A stretch of 64,000 bases of DNA from Cyanophora paradoxa CCMP329 (lineage: Eukaryota; Plantae; Glaucophyta). Under the pieces are notes generated by a model. It was not told the origin of the DNA and ran no database searches. It was given only the letters and a program-made list of their open reading frames with translations. The DNA is taken from positions 1 to 64,000 of the forward strand of contig QPMI01000555.1 in the NCBI GenBank assembly GCA_004431415.1, written 5' to 3'. This document shows positions 1-9,375 of this stretch, piece by piece; within the stretch, counting starts at the first letter, position 1; each line of letters opens with the position of its first letter. The translations under genes were made by a program, and so were the position numbers.

Positions 1-971
1 GCCGAGTTCGTCGCGGAGACCTGGTATTCGTACCCCGTACCCCAGACCGTGGTCGCGTCGAGGTAGGAGTTGGTCGCGGAGTCTTCGAGGTAGGCCCCGT
101 CCCTGTAGATCTTGTACCCCGTCGCCCCCGTGGGCGCCGTCCACACTAAGCTGACGGGCTGCTGCTGATCGTTGGGTGCAGTCGCCGTCACATTCGTGGG
201 CGCGGACGGCTTCGTCCAAACAACGAGGGGATCGGACTTTTCGTATTCGACCCCGCCCACGATGCCGGCCACCTGGTAGGAGTATTCCGTACCCCACGCA
301 AGGGCAGTGCTATCGTCAATGTACGAGGTAGACAGGGCGCTGCCTGCAAATCCAATTGGCGTGCCATTCCTGTAAATTCGAATCGAGTCCACGCCCTCCA
401 TGGCCACCCAGTTGATTGTGACGACAATGGCGGGTTTCGGGAAGCCCGAAGACGCGGGGCCGCCCCCTGCGATAAAATCGCCGTAGGTCTGGGCCGTGGC
501 CGTCGTGAGGGTGGTGTAGGCTTCGATCGTGGGCGTGGAGCCGGGTAGACCTTGGAATTGAATGTAATTGCTCATGGTACCCTCATGGGTGTAGAGAAGC
601 GTCTGTGCGTAGGTGGTGGGCGGGGCCTTGCCGTCAGAGCCCGTGCTGCTGCTGCCCTGCTCGCGCACCGCCGCCACGCGGTAGAGCCGCAGGGCCCCAA
701 AACTAAAGGGCGAGTCCGTGTAGGTGACGGTTGGTGCGTTCACCGTGGCCACGAGATCCCAGGGGCCGTTGATGCTGGTAGCCCTGTACACCTTGTACTT
801 GACGGCGTTGGTGACGGCAATCCAGTTCATTCGAAATCCGTAGGTATTGTTCCCGTTGTTGGGTACATCGCCCGATCGGATCTGGGGCCTGCCCACAGTC
901 AGCGAGATCGGCTCCACGCCGTACTGCGGGGCCTGCACCACCTGTTTCTTCACGAATACGAAGCGTGGCAT
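1..971 (-). CDS. Fibronectin type III repeat protein, likely virion fibre/surface protein (runs off window start)
   Basis: Not in ORF track. Manual translation from AAAATG at 971 is open to position 1: MPRFVFVKKQ...NWIAVTNAVKYKVYRATSINGPWDLVATVNAPTVTYTD...NWVAMEGVDSIRIYRNG...SYIDDSTALAWGTEYSYQVAG...PSAPTNVTA...LVWTAPTGATGYKIYRDG...YLDATTVWGTGYEYQVSATN. At least 3 repeats of the W..Y.(I/V)YR..Y.D..Y.Y.V FN3 pattern; no introns. Confidence 0.85.
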   Translation of the reverse strand, partial: MPRFVFVKKQVVQAPQYGVEPISLTVGRPQIRSGDVPNNGNNTYGFRMNWIAVTNAVKYKVYRATSINGPWDLVATVNAPTVTYTDSPFSFGALRLYRVAAVREQGSSSTGSDGKAPPTTYAQTLLYTHEGTMSNYIQFQGLPGSTPTIEAYTTLTTATAQTYGDFIAGGGPASSGFPKPAIVVTINWVAMEGVDSIRIYRNGTPIGFAGSALSTSYIDDSTALAWGTEYSYQVAGIVGGVEYEKSDPLVVWTKPSAPTNVTATAPNDQQQPVSLVWTAPTGATGYKIYRDGAYLEDSATNSYLDATTVWGTGYEYQVSATNS

Positions 972-1010
972 TTTCCTCTACGATCCGAAAAAATATCTGC
1001 GCCGGGGTAA

Positions 1011-1690
1011 ATGACTTCCAACTGGTACCAGACCCTCAGCGGCTCACTTGACGTTGGCAACAACACCAAGGATTTCGCGCGAATCCCCTCCGGCAGTTAC
1101 GTCGACGTCTTTCTGCAAAATCCTGTGGTGATTCAGGTCGTTCAGAACGCCTACGCCACGCCCAAGATTTACTCCTATCAGCTCTTCTTCGACCCTTTGA
1201 GCCTCAGCGCAGAGGTCATCGAGCTGCTGCACGAATCCGGCCTCGTGAAAAAGGTGGCGCCGGCGACAGCCACGGCCAACGTCCTGCGCTGTTTGGAAGT
1301 TAAGTTCAGGGAGACGGGGTACGGCCCCACCGTGAACCAGTACACAACTACCGACCTGCCGGGTACGGGTGCGTATACGGCGCGGGGTACGCTCAAGGGC
1401 GACGTGCTCTTCACAAAATTCAATCCGAGTCCCGCCACCCTGGGGGCCCTCTACACGGGCGGCAATCCGCGCGCTTCCGGGCTACCCCGCTTTCCCTTCA
1501 CCTTCTTCAAGTTCCAGGTCTTCCCCCTCACGTACGCCGCAGACCAGCCCCATTTCAGCACGGGCGCCAGCCTCTGCGCGGAGCTGCGCGAGTGCTCGAT
1601 TTCCTACAGGCACACCACCGCTCCGACGCCGTGCAGCCCGCGGCCCGCATCTCGGGCATCGGCAACGACATCGCCCTCTTCTACGGATAA
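1011..1690 (+). CDS. Beta-rich virus-like protein, paralog A (~225 aa, one apparent frameshift near 1610); possible capsid/penton-type protein
   Basis: Starts 39 nt from the divergent FN3 gene. Aligns by eye along its length to paralog B (RIP, QNPV, SGLVKK, LEVKF, NPR..PR..FT.F.F, G.SL.AEL.E). Alternative frame ends ...AARISGIGNDIALFYG* at TAA 1688-1690. Confidence 0.65.
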
Positions 1691-1713
1691 TCTTTCTCAT
1701 TCGAGATCGCAAA

Positions 1714-2492
1714 ATGCCGACCACCTCGGCCACCATCGTGAAGACCGTGCTGCCTACCCCCGATTTCTACGGCGACACCGTAGCGGCCAACGCTGGACGG
1801 ATTCCGTGGTCTGGGACGGCAACTACGCCTCCATGCTGACCGTGAAAATCCAGAATCCAGTCATGCTGCGCATCACCTCCAACGACTTCGAGAATCCCGC
1901 CTCCTGCTTCGTGTACGTGTACTTTGACATCGACTCGGCGTGAGCGCGGACGAGGCCGAGGCCTCTGGCTTTCCGGCCTCCTTAAAAAGATAGAGCCCTC
2001 CGTACCCGATCGGCCCGCGATTCGCGTGCTCGAGCTCAAGTTCACTGCGAACACCGCCCTCACCCGCACATTTAATGGCGGCTCCAAGACTCACATCGAC
2101 GGTGCTGCCATCGATAGCACGCGCAAAACTACACAGGCCGTCCCTTTGAGATGTACAACCTCTGGAAGATGACCGCAAAGGAGATGATGACGAATGCCAC
2201 CACGGGCGGAGTCTCGGGTACCTCGTTTTCCTACGATTCCTCGAATCCCCGTACCCAGGTCTGGCCCCGGCTTCTCTTCACGAAATTCACTTTCAAATTG
2301 TACAACAACATTGCGGGTATGCCTACCTCTGGAATGGTCGTGGGCTCTACCCTCATGGCCGAGCTGATAGAAGCGGAGGCAGACTACACCACCGCCACCA
2401 CCAACCCTGCAAACGGCACGGCTACAAACTACGTAGCCTGGAGCACGATCGACCGTGAGTACGACACTAAGATTCACACTACTAGCATCTAG
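1714..2492 (+). CDS. Beta-rich virus-like protein, paralog B (~260 aa, four apparent 1-nt deletions)
   Basis: AAAATG at 1714. Pieces of ORFs 1369..1839, 1011..1943, 1924..2172 and 2151..2492 join into MPTTSATIVK...RIPVVWDG...QNPVMLR...FDIDSGVSADEAEALWLSGLLKK...LELKF...NPRTQVWPRLLFTKFTF...GSTLMAELIEAEADY if single bases are restored in short C/G runs (~1805, ~1937, ~1962, ~2121). Confidence 0.65.
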
Positions 2493-2847
2493 ACTGGCTA
2501 AGCTGCATTAGCGCCTGTGCCGCCTCCATCATCTCCGCAATTTCCTCGCTCTTCTCCTGTAAATTGGCGTACCCCCTCCTCTTCTTGCGAATCTCCGACA
2601 TTGATGCCCAGCGTAGGTTCTCCCTCCTGTAGTCCAGCGGGTTGCCGTTGATGTGTTCCACGTAACGTCCACGTGGCGACTTCCCGAGGATCAGTTGGGA
2701 GAGGTAGTGCTTGCGCCCTCCGAACGTCTTGCTCACCCTGTCCCTGTCCACTCTCCAGGGAAACTCCAAGGCACTCGGGGGTACGTCCGAGTTGACCAGG
2801 ACGTTGTAGGCGACGTCTTGCGAGTCGGTGCACCGGAGCAGGGCCAT
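2482..2847 (-). CDS. HNH (phage HNH_3-like) endonuclease-domain protein with degenerate motif
   Basis: YVEHINGNPLDYRRENLRWASMSE resembles the VDHIN...DNR..NLR...SEN consensus; N-terminus has the VLV..D.......W pattern of phage HNH proteins; AAAATG start, no introns. Confidence 0.8.
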   Translation of the reverse strand: MALLRCTDSQDVAYNVLVNSDVPPSALEFPWRVDRDRVSKTFGGRKHYLSQLILGKSPRGRYVEHINGNPLDYRRENLRWASMSEIRKKRRGYANLQEKSEEIAEMMEAAQALMQLSQSRC

Positions 2848-2868
2848 TTTGCCCTAGGTTCAGAAAAA

Positions 2869-2937
2869 CCTGGGACTTGGGACTTGGGACTTGGGACTTG
2901 GGACTTGGGACTTGGGACTTGGGACTTGGGAAGAGTT
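2869..2937 (+). repeat. Telomere-like array 1: CC(TGGGACT)8TGGGAAGAGTT
   Basis: Perfect 7-bp tandem repeat 2871-2930, ~22 nt upstream of the HNH ATG. Confidence 0.95.
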
Positions 2938-3350
2938 GAAACCCAGGTCCCGGCCCAGACTTTCTCCAGGATCAGAAATTTGTCAGACAAGTCAGGTGAG
3001 TTTTTCTACCGACTTTTTTACTCCTACCAACCCTCGTAGTCTTTTTTACTCGTAGTCTTTTTTACTCGTATCCCATCTCGTACCCTCCTTCTCTCGACAT
3101 CTCGCACGAAAACTCCTACCCCTCTTCACATCCTTTTTCGGTTGCATACTCTCGTGAGCTTTCATGTCCAGTATCATGCTACAAGTCGTACGACAGTTCA
3201 GACTCTACCTCTCTTGAAATCTCACCTGGAATGTCACCAGAAACGTCGTATCCAGAATTCCGTACCCCTTTCTAAGTCTGCCCGGTGGTTAGGGACTTGG
3301 TGCAGCAAACTCTCAGATCCAGAGAAAGTCTGGGCCCAGACCCTGAGTCT

Positions 3351-3405
3351 AACTCTTCCCAAGTCCCAAGTCCCAAGTCCCAAGTCCCAAGTCCCAAGTC
3401 CCAGG
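3351..3405 (-). repeat. Telomere-like array 2: CC(TGGGACT)6TGGGAAGAGTT, inverted relative to array 1
   Basis: Repeat at 3358-3403. Similarity to array 1 continues ~55 nt further (GGCCCAGACTTTCTC..GGATC). Confidence 0.95.
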
Positions 3406-3476
3406 ATCGCGCCAAGTCATAACTGAATAGTCGGCCAATTTTTACAAGTATGTACAATGGAATGACGCAATACTAT

Positions 3477-4518
3477 TTACAGCATCTCAAAGTCAGAGTC
3501 ATCGTCATCGGAAACCAAGTCAATCGGGGCCTCGGGCGCCGACTTAAGGGGAATGCGGGGAAGGGCCTGCGCTGCCTGCACTAAGTCCTGCCGCTCTTGC
3601 TCGCGCTGCGCCGCCAAGGCCGCTGCCGCCTCTGCCTCGCGCTGCCGCTGAGCCTCGATGCGCGCCTTGAGCTCGGCTGCCTCCTTCTGCTTGCGCTCGG
3701 CGATCTTGGCCAACGTCATCTCGCGACGAAGAAGGCGCTCGTGACGCAGCTTGCGCCGCAGCTCGGCCATTTCGCGCTTGGCGATGATGCGCTTCTCAAT
3801 GGTCTTGACGTGCTGAGTCAGGCGCTCGTGTAGTGTGACGTCACACGAGAACGGGCAATGCCAGCGCCGAGCTTCAAGTCCTTGGCGTTTTCCTTGGCGG
3901 GGTCCTTGACGCGCTCGGAGTTGTCGGTGAATGACGTAGTCTCCATGAACTTCTTCTTGACGATTGACTTGGTCTTGATAATGCGGCGCTTGCGAGTCGG
4001 GTTTTCGTTGTCGCCTTCAGAGTCAGAAGACGACTCAGAGTCGTATGGAATCGGCACGTCAAAGTCGATGAAGTCGTTGATGTCAGACTCGGCGTCCGAG
4101 GCCTCGGACTTGGCGTCATCGGCGGGCTGAGGGGCGGGCTCGGCGACGGGCTGAGGGGCAGATGACGACGATGACGGAGGGGGGTAATTCGTGAAGACTT
4201 GAGGGGGTAGGCCCAGGCGAGCGTCTCGGCGGCAGACTCGGCGAAAAGCTTGGGGTCGCCCCAGCCGTTGGCGGTCTTGACCCAGCCGGGGACGGGGGGC
4301 ACGTCGACGGGGGGCTCGGGCTTGGGCTCGGGCTTGGGTTGCTTGGACTTGGGCAGGATGGCGGGTACAAAGTTCAACTGGAGACTGCTGTTGTAGGTTT
4401 GGTAGAGGTACCCCAGCTTGCGGGCACGCTTCTCCATGGCAGGGGTAGGCCAAAGCCCGGACTTGTGCAGATCACAGGCCTTGGCAAAGTCCTCGACAAG
4501 CTCAGAGGGAAGCGACAT
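3477..4518 (-). CDS. Orphan protein (~345 aa; Pro/acidic middle, basic coiled-coil C-terminus), split by two apparent frameshifts
   Basis: ORFs 3874..4551, 3818..4453 and 3477..3770 join: MSLPSELVEDF...WAYP / PPSSSSSAPQP...GAGIAR / LHERLTQHVKTIEKRIIAKREMAELRRK...DSDFEML*. The ATG directly follows a polypyrimidine tract plus GCAG. Confidence 0.6.
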
Positions 4519-4856
4519 CTGCGCAAAGGGAAAAGAGATCAGCAAAGGCAAAACGTGAGGTGACTGAGAGAGCGGACTTGTGAAAATTCGGAGAGGCAGG
4601 GTTTCCTTGGGCTGAGAGAAGGCGGCGAACCCGTTTCAAGAGTGAGGCAAAATGGCGGCGGACCGCGGTTTTGTGGGTGAATTTTTTCCTGGGCTAGTTC
4701 GCAACGGAAAACGTTGCCAACTGGCCTGAAAAAAGCCAAATTTAGCGTTGGACCGAAGACAGAAAAAGGAGCCGGCCTGACGGAAATTGCCCGAGTGCGT
4801 CCGCCGAAGGTCGAGTCTCGGATGGGGGGTACACCCTCAGGGGGCCCCCTGGCCCC

Positions 4857-5327
4857 TCACCCTGGTAGTACCCTCTCAAGGGGATTTTCGAAGCCGTACA
4901 ATTCTTGGTAAGTCTCGTAATCCGGGCTGTACCCCCTCACAATCTGCGGGAGCCCCATTGAAAGCCTCCGTCTATCCTCTCTCAATTCCCTGCGGAAAAG
5001 TCTACGGTCTTCTCGAGCTTCGCGCGTCACGCCAGCTGGGCGTGGTCTATGATTGTTAGGGTTGTCGTAGCCTGGTCCCACCAGCCTCACGAAATTTTCG
5101 CGTATGGCCTCGGGGAGACTCTGGAAACGGTTCGTTGCGTGGAACTCGATCCATTCATTGAATCGACGCGGATATTGACGGATGACTTCAAGCACGCCCT
5201 GTGTGTTGGGCTCTGGTGTTATGTCGGGAATGTCATGTCCTGTGAGGTGCCAACGCCAGAACTCGCGCAGCCTCTCGAATGCCATATTCAACTCAAAGGG
5301 GAAATCGTAATAGAGATTGCCTGACAT
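4857..5327 (-). CDS. Orphan protein, 156 aa
   Basis: Clean intronless ORF with AAAAATG start and protein-like composition, ~50 nt downstream of array 3. Confidence 0.7.
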   Translation of the reverse strand: MSGNLYYDFPFELNMAFERLREFWRWHLTGHDIPDITPEPNTQGVLEVIRQYPRRFNEWIEFHATNRFQSLPEAIRENFVRLVGPGYDNPNNHRPRPAGVTREAREDRRLFRRELREDRRRLSMGLPQIVRGYSPDYETYQELYGFENPLERVLPG

Positions 5328-5377
5328 TTTTCTCCCCGTCCGAAAATTTCCCCGCTTTGAGTCCAGACTCTGATTCT

Positions 5378-5432
5378 AACTCTTCCCAAGTCCCAAGTCC
5401 CAAGTCCCAAGTCCCAAGTCCCAAGTCCCAGG
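5378..5432 (-). repeat. Telomere-like array 3: CC(TGGGACT)6TGGGAAGAGTT
   Basis: Repeat at 5385-5430, same boundary sequences as arrays 1 and 2. Confidence 0.95.
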
Positions 5433-6471
5433 TCACATTTTTCTCCCATTTTGACTCGAGATTCTGACCAAGTCCAAATCCGGGCCCGGGATTCGAACCC
5501 TCGTTTTCGGTCGATTTCACGCGTGAAAACAGCACTTTTCGGCCTTTTCCGATTTTTCCTTTCTCGCGATCGCATTAATGCCCCCGATCTCGAAATCGCG
5601 ATCGAAAAGGGTCGCGATCGGGAGAAAATCGCGATCGCCAGGGTCGTGATCGCCGCGATCGCCAGCCTCGGAGGGGGTACCCCCACAGCTGTTGCGGCGG
5701 TTATAAGAACCTCCGCAATCCAAGCGTCACTTCCGAGTCTCGAGCTCTCGGAGTTGACTTTTCGCGTTTGCCCCATTGTTGGCCCTCATATATATTTAAA
5801 CGACCCCCCTACCTTCCCAAACGCACAGAAAATGACTGAAGATCCGAGAGAGAGTCTAGATCTAGACGATATCGATCTAAGTTGCAGATTGATCATGAGA
5901 ACTTTGAGAAGTGTTTTCTGTGGACTTCCGGGCCAGTTCCGGCTTATAAATTATAACACTTCCGGCGGCCGGCGGCGGGTTTTGGGGGACACTTGCAACT
6001 AAATTAAGTTGCAAGCCTTTTTGAAGTTGCACTGCGGCAACTGCCACTGGCCCACTGGCCTGCCACGGCCCACTAGTACTGGCCCGCACTGGGCCAAGCA
6101 GTGCCAATCAGTGTTGGGTAAAGTTTGCTCCCCCAAATTTGCCTTGAAAACTTTCTGCAAGCTTTGAAAAAGATTGCACCATAGAAAACATTCGAATTCC
6201 AAGCACCGCAAAAGCACTGTATTCCTTGGCAAATAAGCGTCTAAACAAGAGATATAAGCTTTACAATGATACCTGCCAGGCTGTGAGTTTCAGATTCAAA
6301 GTTTGCACGCGTTTAGTCTTGTTTTCAAGTTTGGCCTTTAGCTTCTTTTCAGGGTCGCCGAGAGGGGGGTACCCATCTGAAGGAGCCTCGGAGGCGACCT
6401 TCGCCCTCCTGAGTCCTGACACCCATCATATGCATGTAACTCTCAGTCTCTCAACTCTTTTTTTTTTTTTT

Positions 6472-6592
6472 CAGGATAGCCCAATTCTTGGGCGATGATG
6501 TTATTTTCAGTTAGCTAACTTCATCGTATGCACTACCGGTTCGGACTGGGCCGAACTCTGGGTCAGCTCATAACCTGTGGCCGCTACACAGG
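6472..6592 (-). other. Structured 3' tail: three short hairpins before the poly(A)
   Basis: GCCCAA-ttc-TTGGGC 6479-6493, GTTCGG-N6-CCGAAC 6539-6556, CCTGTG-N7-CACAGG 6574-6592. Confidence 0.55.
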
Positions 6593-7070
6593 GATAGGCG
6601 CTTCGACGCTAACTAGAAGCGTTCAGGGTGGGGAGAGCTTGGGCGGGGTGTCCTACTTGGGCTCGCGTCGGCGGTGCGTGGTCTGTTGGGGGGGTGGGGG
6701 GTGGGGTGGGTGGGGGGTAGTACAGGCCTAGGGCGGTTGCACATCCCCTATCTTTGGGCGTGAGGGGCGCGGGCGGGTGTCCCGGGAGCCGGATGGGGCT
6801 AGGTACGCAGGAGGGAGGTGAGCACGGGCTAAGTGGGGGCCCTGCGGGACCGGGGCTAAGGTGCGGGGCGAGTGGCGTGGGTGGCTTGAGCAGTGGTCGT
6901 GAGCGGGCGCCTGGCTTTGCTTCACAGAGCATACAGGACAGCTGAGTGTCTCACCCTTAAAAGGAGAGCGAGGCCGTAGGGCCGCTCTGGTACGACAGAG
7001 TGACTAAGGAGAAAGAAAGAAAGAAAAGGAGGTGGCCGGAGGCCTTAGTTCTAGGAAGATCCTAGGGCGT

Positions 7071-9234
7071 CTACGCCGCTGCATTGTCCTCCGCCGCGGC
7101 GCGGCGGCCTGCGAGGTAGGCCTCGACGGCGGCGGGCCGCCGATGGCCGCCGTGAGCTCGGTGAGGAGCTTCTGGGTGGCCTGGTAGTTGGCGAGCGTGA
7201 TGTTGGCCGGGGCGGGCCAGGGCGGGGCCGGGCCCGGGCGGGCGCGGGAGCGGCGATCGGCGCGGGGCGGCGGCGGCTGCCGCGGGGCGGCGGCGGCTGC
7301 CGCGGCGGCGGCGGCGGCGGGGTGGGGCGCGGGGGCAGCCGGGGCGGCGGGGGCGGCGGCGCCGCCCTTGCTCTTCTTGCGCGCGTCGGGCCCGAAGCGC
7401 TCGGTCGTGCGCTTGCGGGACTTGGCGGCGATCTCCGCCGCGATCTTGGCTGCCTCCTCGTTAGTCTTGCCCTCATTGAGGGCGCTGAGGCGGTTGAGCC
7501 GGCGGGCCGCGGAGGAGTGGCCTGGGCGGTACGAGGCGCGGCCGCCCACCCCGTTGGGGTAGTGGATGCGGTGCTCCGTGACGACCTTCGCGCTGGTCGC
7601 GGAGGCCGCCAGGGCCAGCGAGTCGGGGTAGAGCGACTGTCGGGCGGGTCTCTTGTGAGGGGGGGTATAGGGGCCCTCGAGGTCAGGGGAGGTACCGACC
7701 TCCTGGTCCTCGTCCTCGGAGTCGTCCGCGTCGAGCGCGGGCTTCACCTCCTTGCCGATGACGGCGATGTTGTCGCCATCGCGCTTGTACTTGTGGGGCT
7801 GCAGGGCCGTGAGGTTCACGACCTTGATCTTGCCGTCGAAGAGCTCGGGCTCGAGCCAAACCGCCTGCGAGGGCGGCGGTTTAACTTATTGCGCGCGCGC
7901 GGGGTGGCGCTATCTTTTAAGTTCCTCTTTGGGCCCCCACTGGGGCCCGGGTTTGTCCGGGGCGGACCTGGCACATGGCGGTGAGCGCGTCGTCCGTGTA
8001 GACGCCCTGGATGCTGCAAAAGATGCGGTAGGAGAGGCCCGCGGCTTGCTGCTCCGGGGTGAGGCCGGCGTACACCGCCTGACGGCTGGCAACCGAGAGG
8101 TCCTGGCAGATGCGGACCTACGTCCCGGCCCGGGTGCGTGTTTAGAGACTTCGCTTAATTGCACAGTTTACATAAGGCGTACTTTGAGCTTGCGGTTCGG
8201 GTTGCCGAGGTCGACTTCCACGGCGGCAAGGCAGCCTTGCGCGTTGGGGAAGCGGGCGCGCAGGTCGCGGTTCATGGCCATGGACGTCTCGATGTCGGTG
8301 AGGTGGATGAGGCCGACCTTCCGGAAGCGGCCGATGGCGTAGACGTCGGTCATGACGTCGCGGCACCGCTCGAGCCACCCGATCGCTTCGAGGGTCTTGT
8401 TCGCGATGACCTTGAGGTAGTCGGAGCGGAGTTCGCCGTCGTCCTCGAGGAGGAGGGGAAAACGGGTGAAGTCGACGTTGTCGTCGAACTTCATCAGCTT
8501 GTTGAACTGCGTGCACGAGCCCGGGGCCGTCGGTGAGTGAGGCACGGAGGCGGGTGGAGGGGCGCCGGTGCGCGCACCAGCTCCTTGTCGTAGAGGGTGG
8601 CCGTCGAGGCCGTGAGCGCGGCCATGATGAGCGTTTTCTTTGTCTTGTCCACCACTACTTTGCCGCGCTTGGTGACGCGGGTCGTGCAGCCGGCCGGCAG
8701 CGGCTGAGGCGCCGGCAGCGGTGCCGGTTCCGGCTCCTGCGGGTCCTCATCCTGCGACGAGTTCATATCGTGCAGTGGTTTGGTGCGGGGGCGGGACTTG
8801 CCTGGAGCTCGGTCTGCGTCGAGGGCGGCGCGGCGGCGGCCGCCTGCTTGGCCCGCGGTGAGGAGCGGCGAGCCGTCGACGAGCCCTTCGGGCGTCCACG
8901 GCCCTGTATATGCCGTTGTGAGTGCGGGGTGCGCGTGTGCGAGGGGTGCTGGGACGAGGTGAGGCACCTTAGACGTCGACGCGGAGCTGGAGGAGCTTGC
9001 GTCGGCGGGCGTCGCTGCCGGGGCGGCGACCTTGTCCTTCTGCTTCTGCTTCTCGACGGGCTTCGCGGGAGCCTGGAACACTTGGTTGGCGAGCCGGGGC
9101 GGCGACTTGGGCGGCGAGCTCGGGCGCGCGGCTGCGCTCGCTGCGGTGTTCTTCAGCGGCGCCGGAGCGGGGCCCGTGCTCAGAAAAGACGTGATCCGGC
9201 CCGCAGCGGCGGCGACGGCGAAGGCGGCGGCCAT
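7071..9234 (-). CDS. Six-exon AT-hook-containing protein (~600 aa) of unknown function
   Basis: Exons 9234-8968, 8903-8802, 8751-8578, 8506-8183, 8102-7968, 7864-7071. Introns of 64, 50 (GC-AG), 71, 80 and 103 nt, all phase 0. Splicing creates K|GRGRPKGS (AT-hook) and a globular core (FNKLMKFDD...RIFCSIQGVYTDDALTAMCQAVWLEPELFDGK). Probable 1-nt slip near 7135 gives ...AAVEAYLAGRRAAAEDNAAA*. Confidence 0.75.
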
Positions 9235-9375
9235 TGGCGTTAATCGATGGCGGTGGCGGGAATATGACGAGTGATCCCCGGTACGGGGGCCCCGGGGGAG
9301 ATTAGGGGCTTGGGCATGATTAGGTCCTGTGTACCCCGCTTGTGGGGGGGCTGAGGTTAGTTTGCAACGGGAGCG

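Larger units (their letters stand above)
1..5700. mobile_element. End of an endogenous dsDNA virus-like element (Polinton-like virus/virophage-like); right boundary approximate
   Basis: Tight or overlapping gene packing, almost no introns in an intron-dense host, A-rich ATG context, FN3 and HNH genes, ATCGCGATCG cluster at 5565-5662. No hallmark MCP, packaging ATPase, polymerase or integrase recognised inside the window. Confidence 0.6.

Noticed and set aside
1011-1943. 310-aa ORF as a single protein
   Set aside because: It is a chimera: paralog A, an off-frame linker, then part of paralog B
2871-5430. TGGGACT arrays as true telomeres or a CRISPR array
   Set aside because: Internal, short, in both orientations, with no spacers and no cas genes
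5288-6232. ORFs 5451..6002, 5288..5776 and neighbours
   Set aside because: Translate ATCGCGAT and other repeats from non-ATG starts; likely non-coding terminal region
6438-6458. CT-rich 6438-6458 as the Polinton-type terminus of the viral element
   Set aside because: Cannot be tested without the other end; 5990-6300 resembles host repeats found at 46.2 kb
6472-7000. Self-cleaving ribozyme or extra Pro-rich ORF in the retroelement tail
   Set aside because: No CUGAnGA...GAAA core recognised by eye; ORF 6609..6932 is low-complexity C-rich sequence. An Infernal/Rfam scan would settle it
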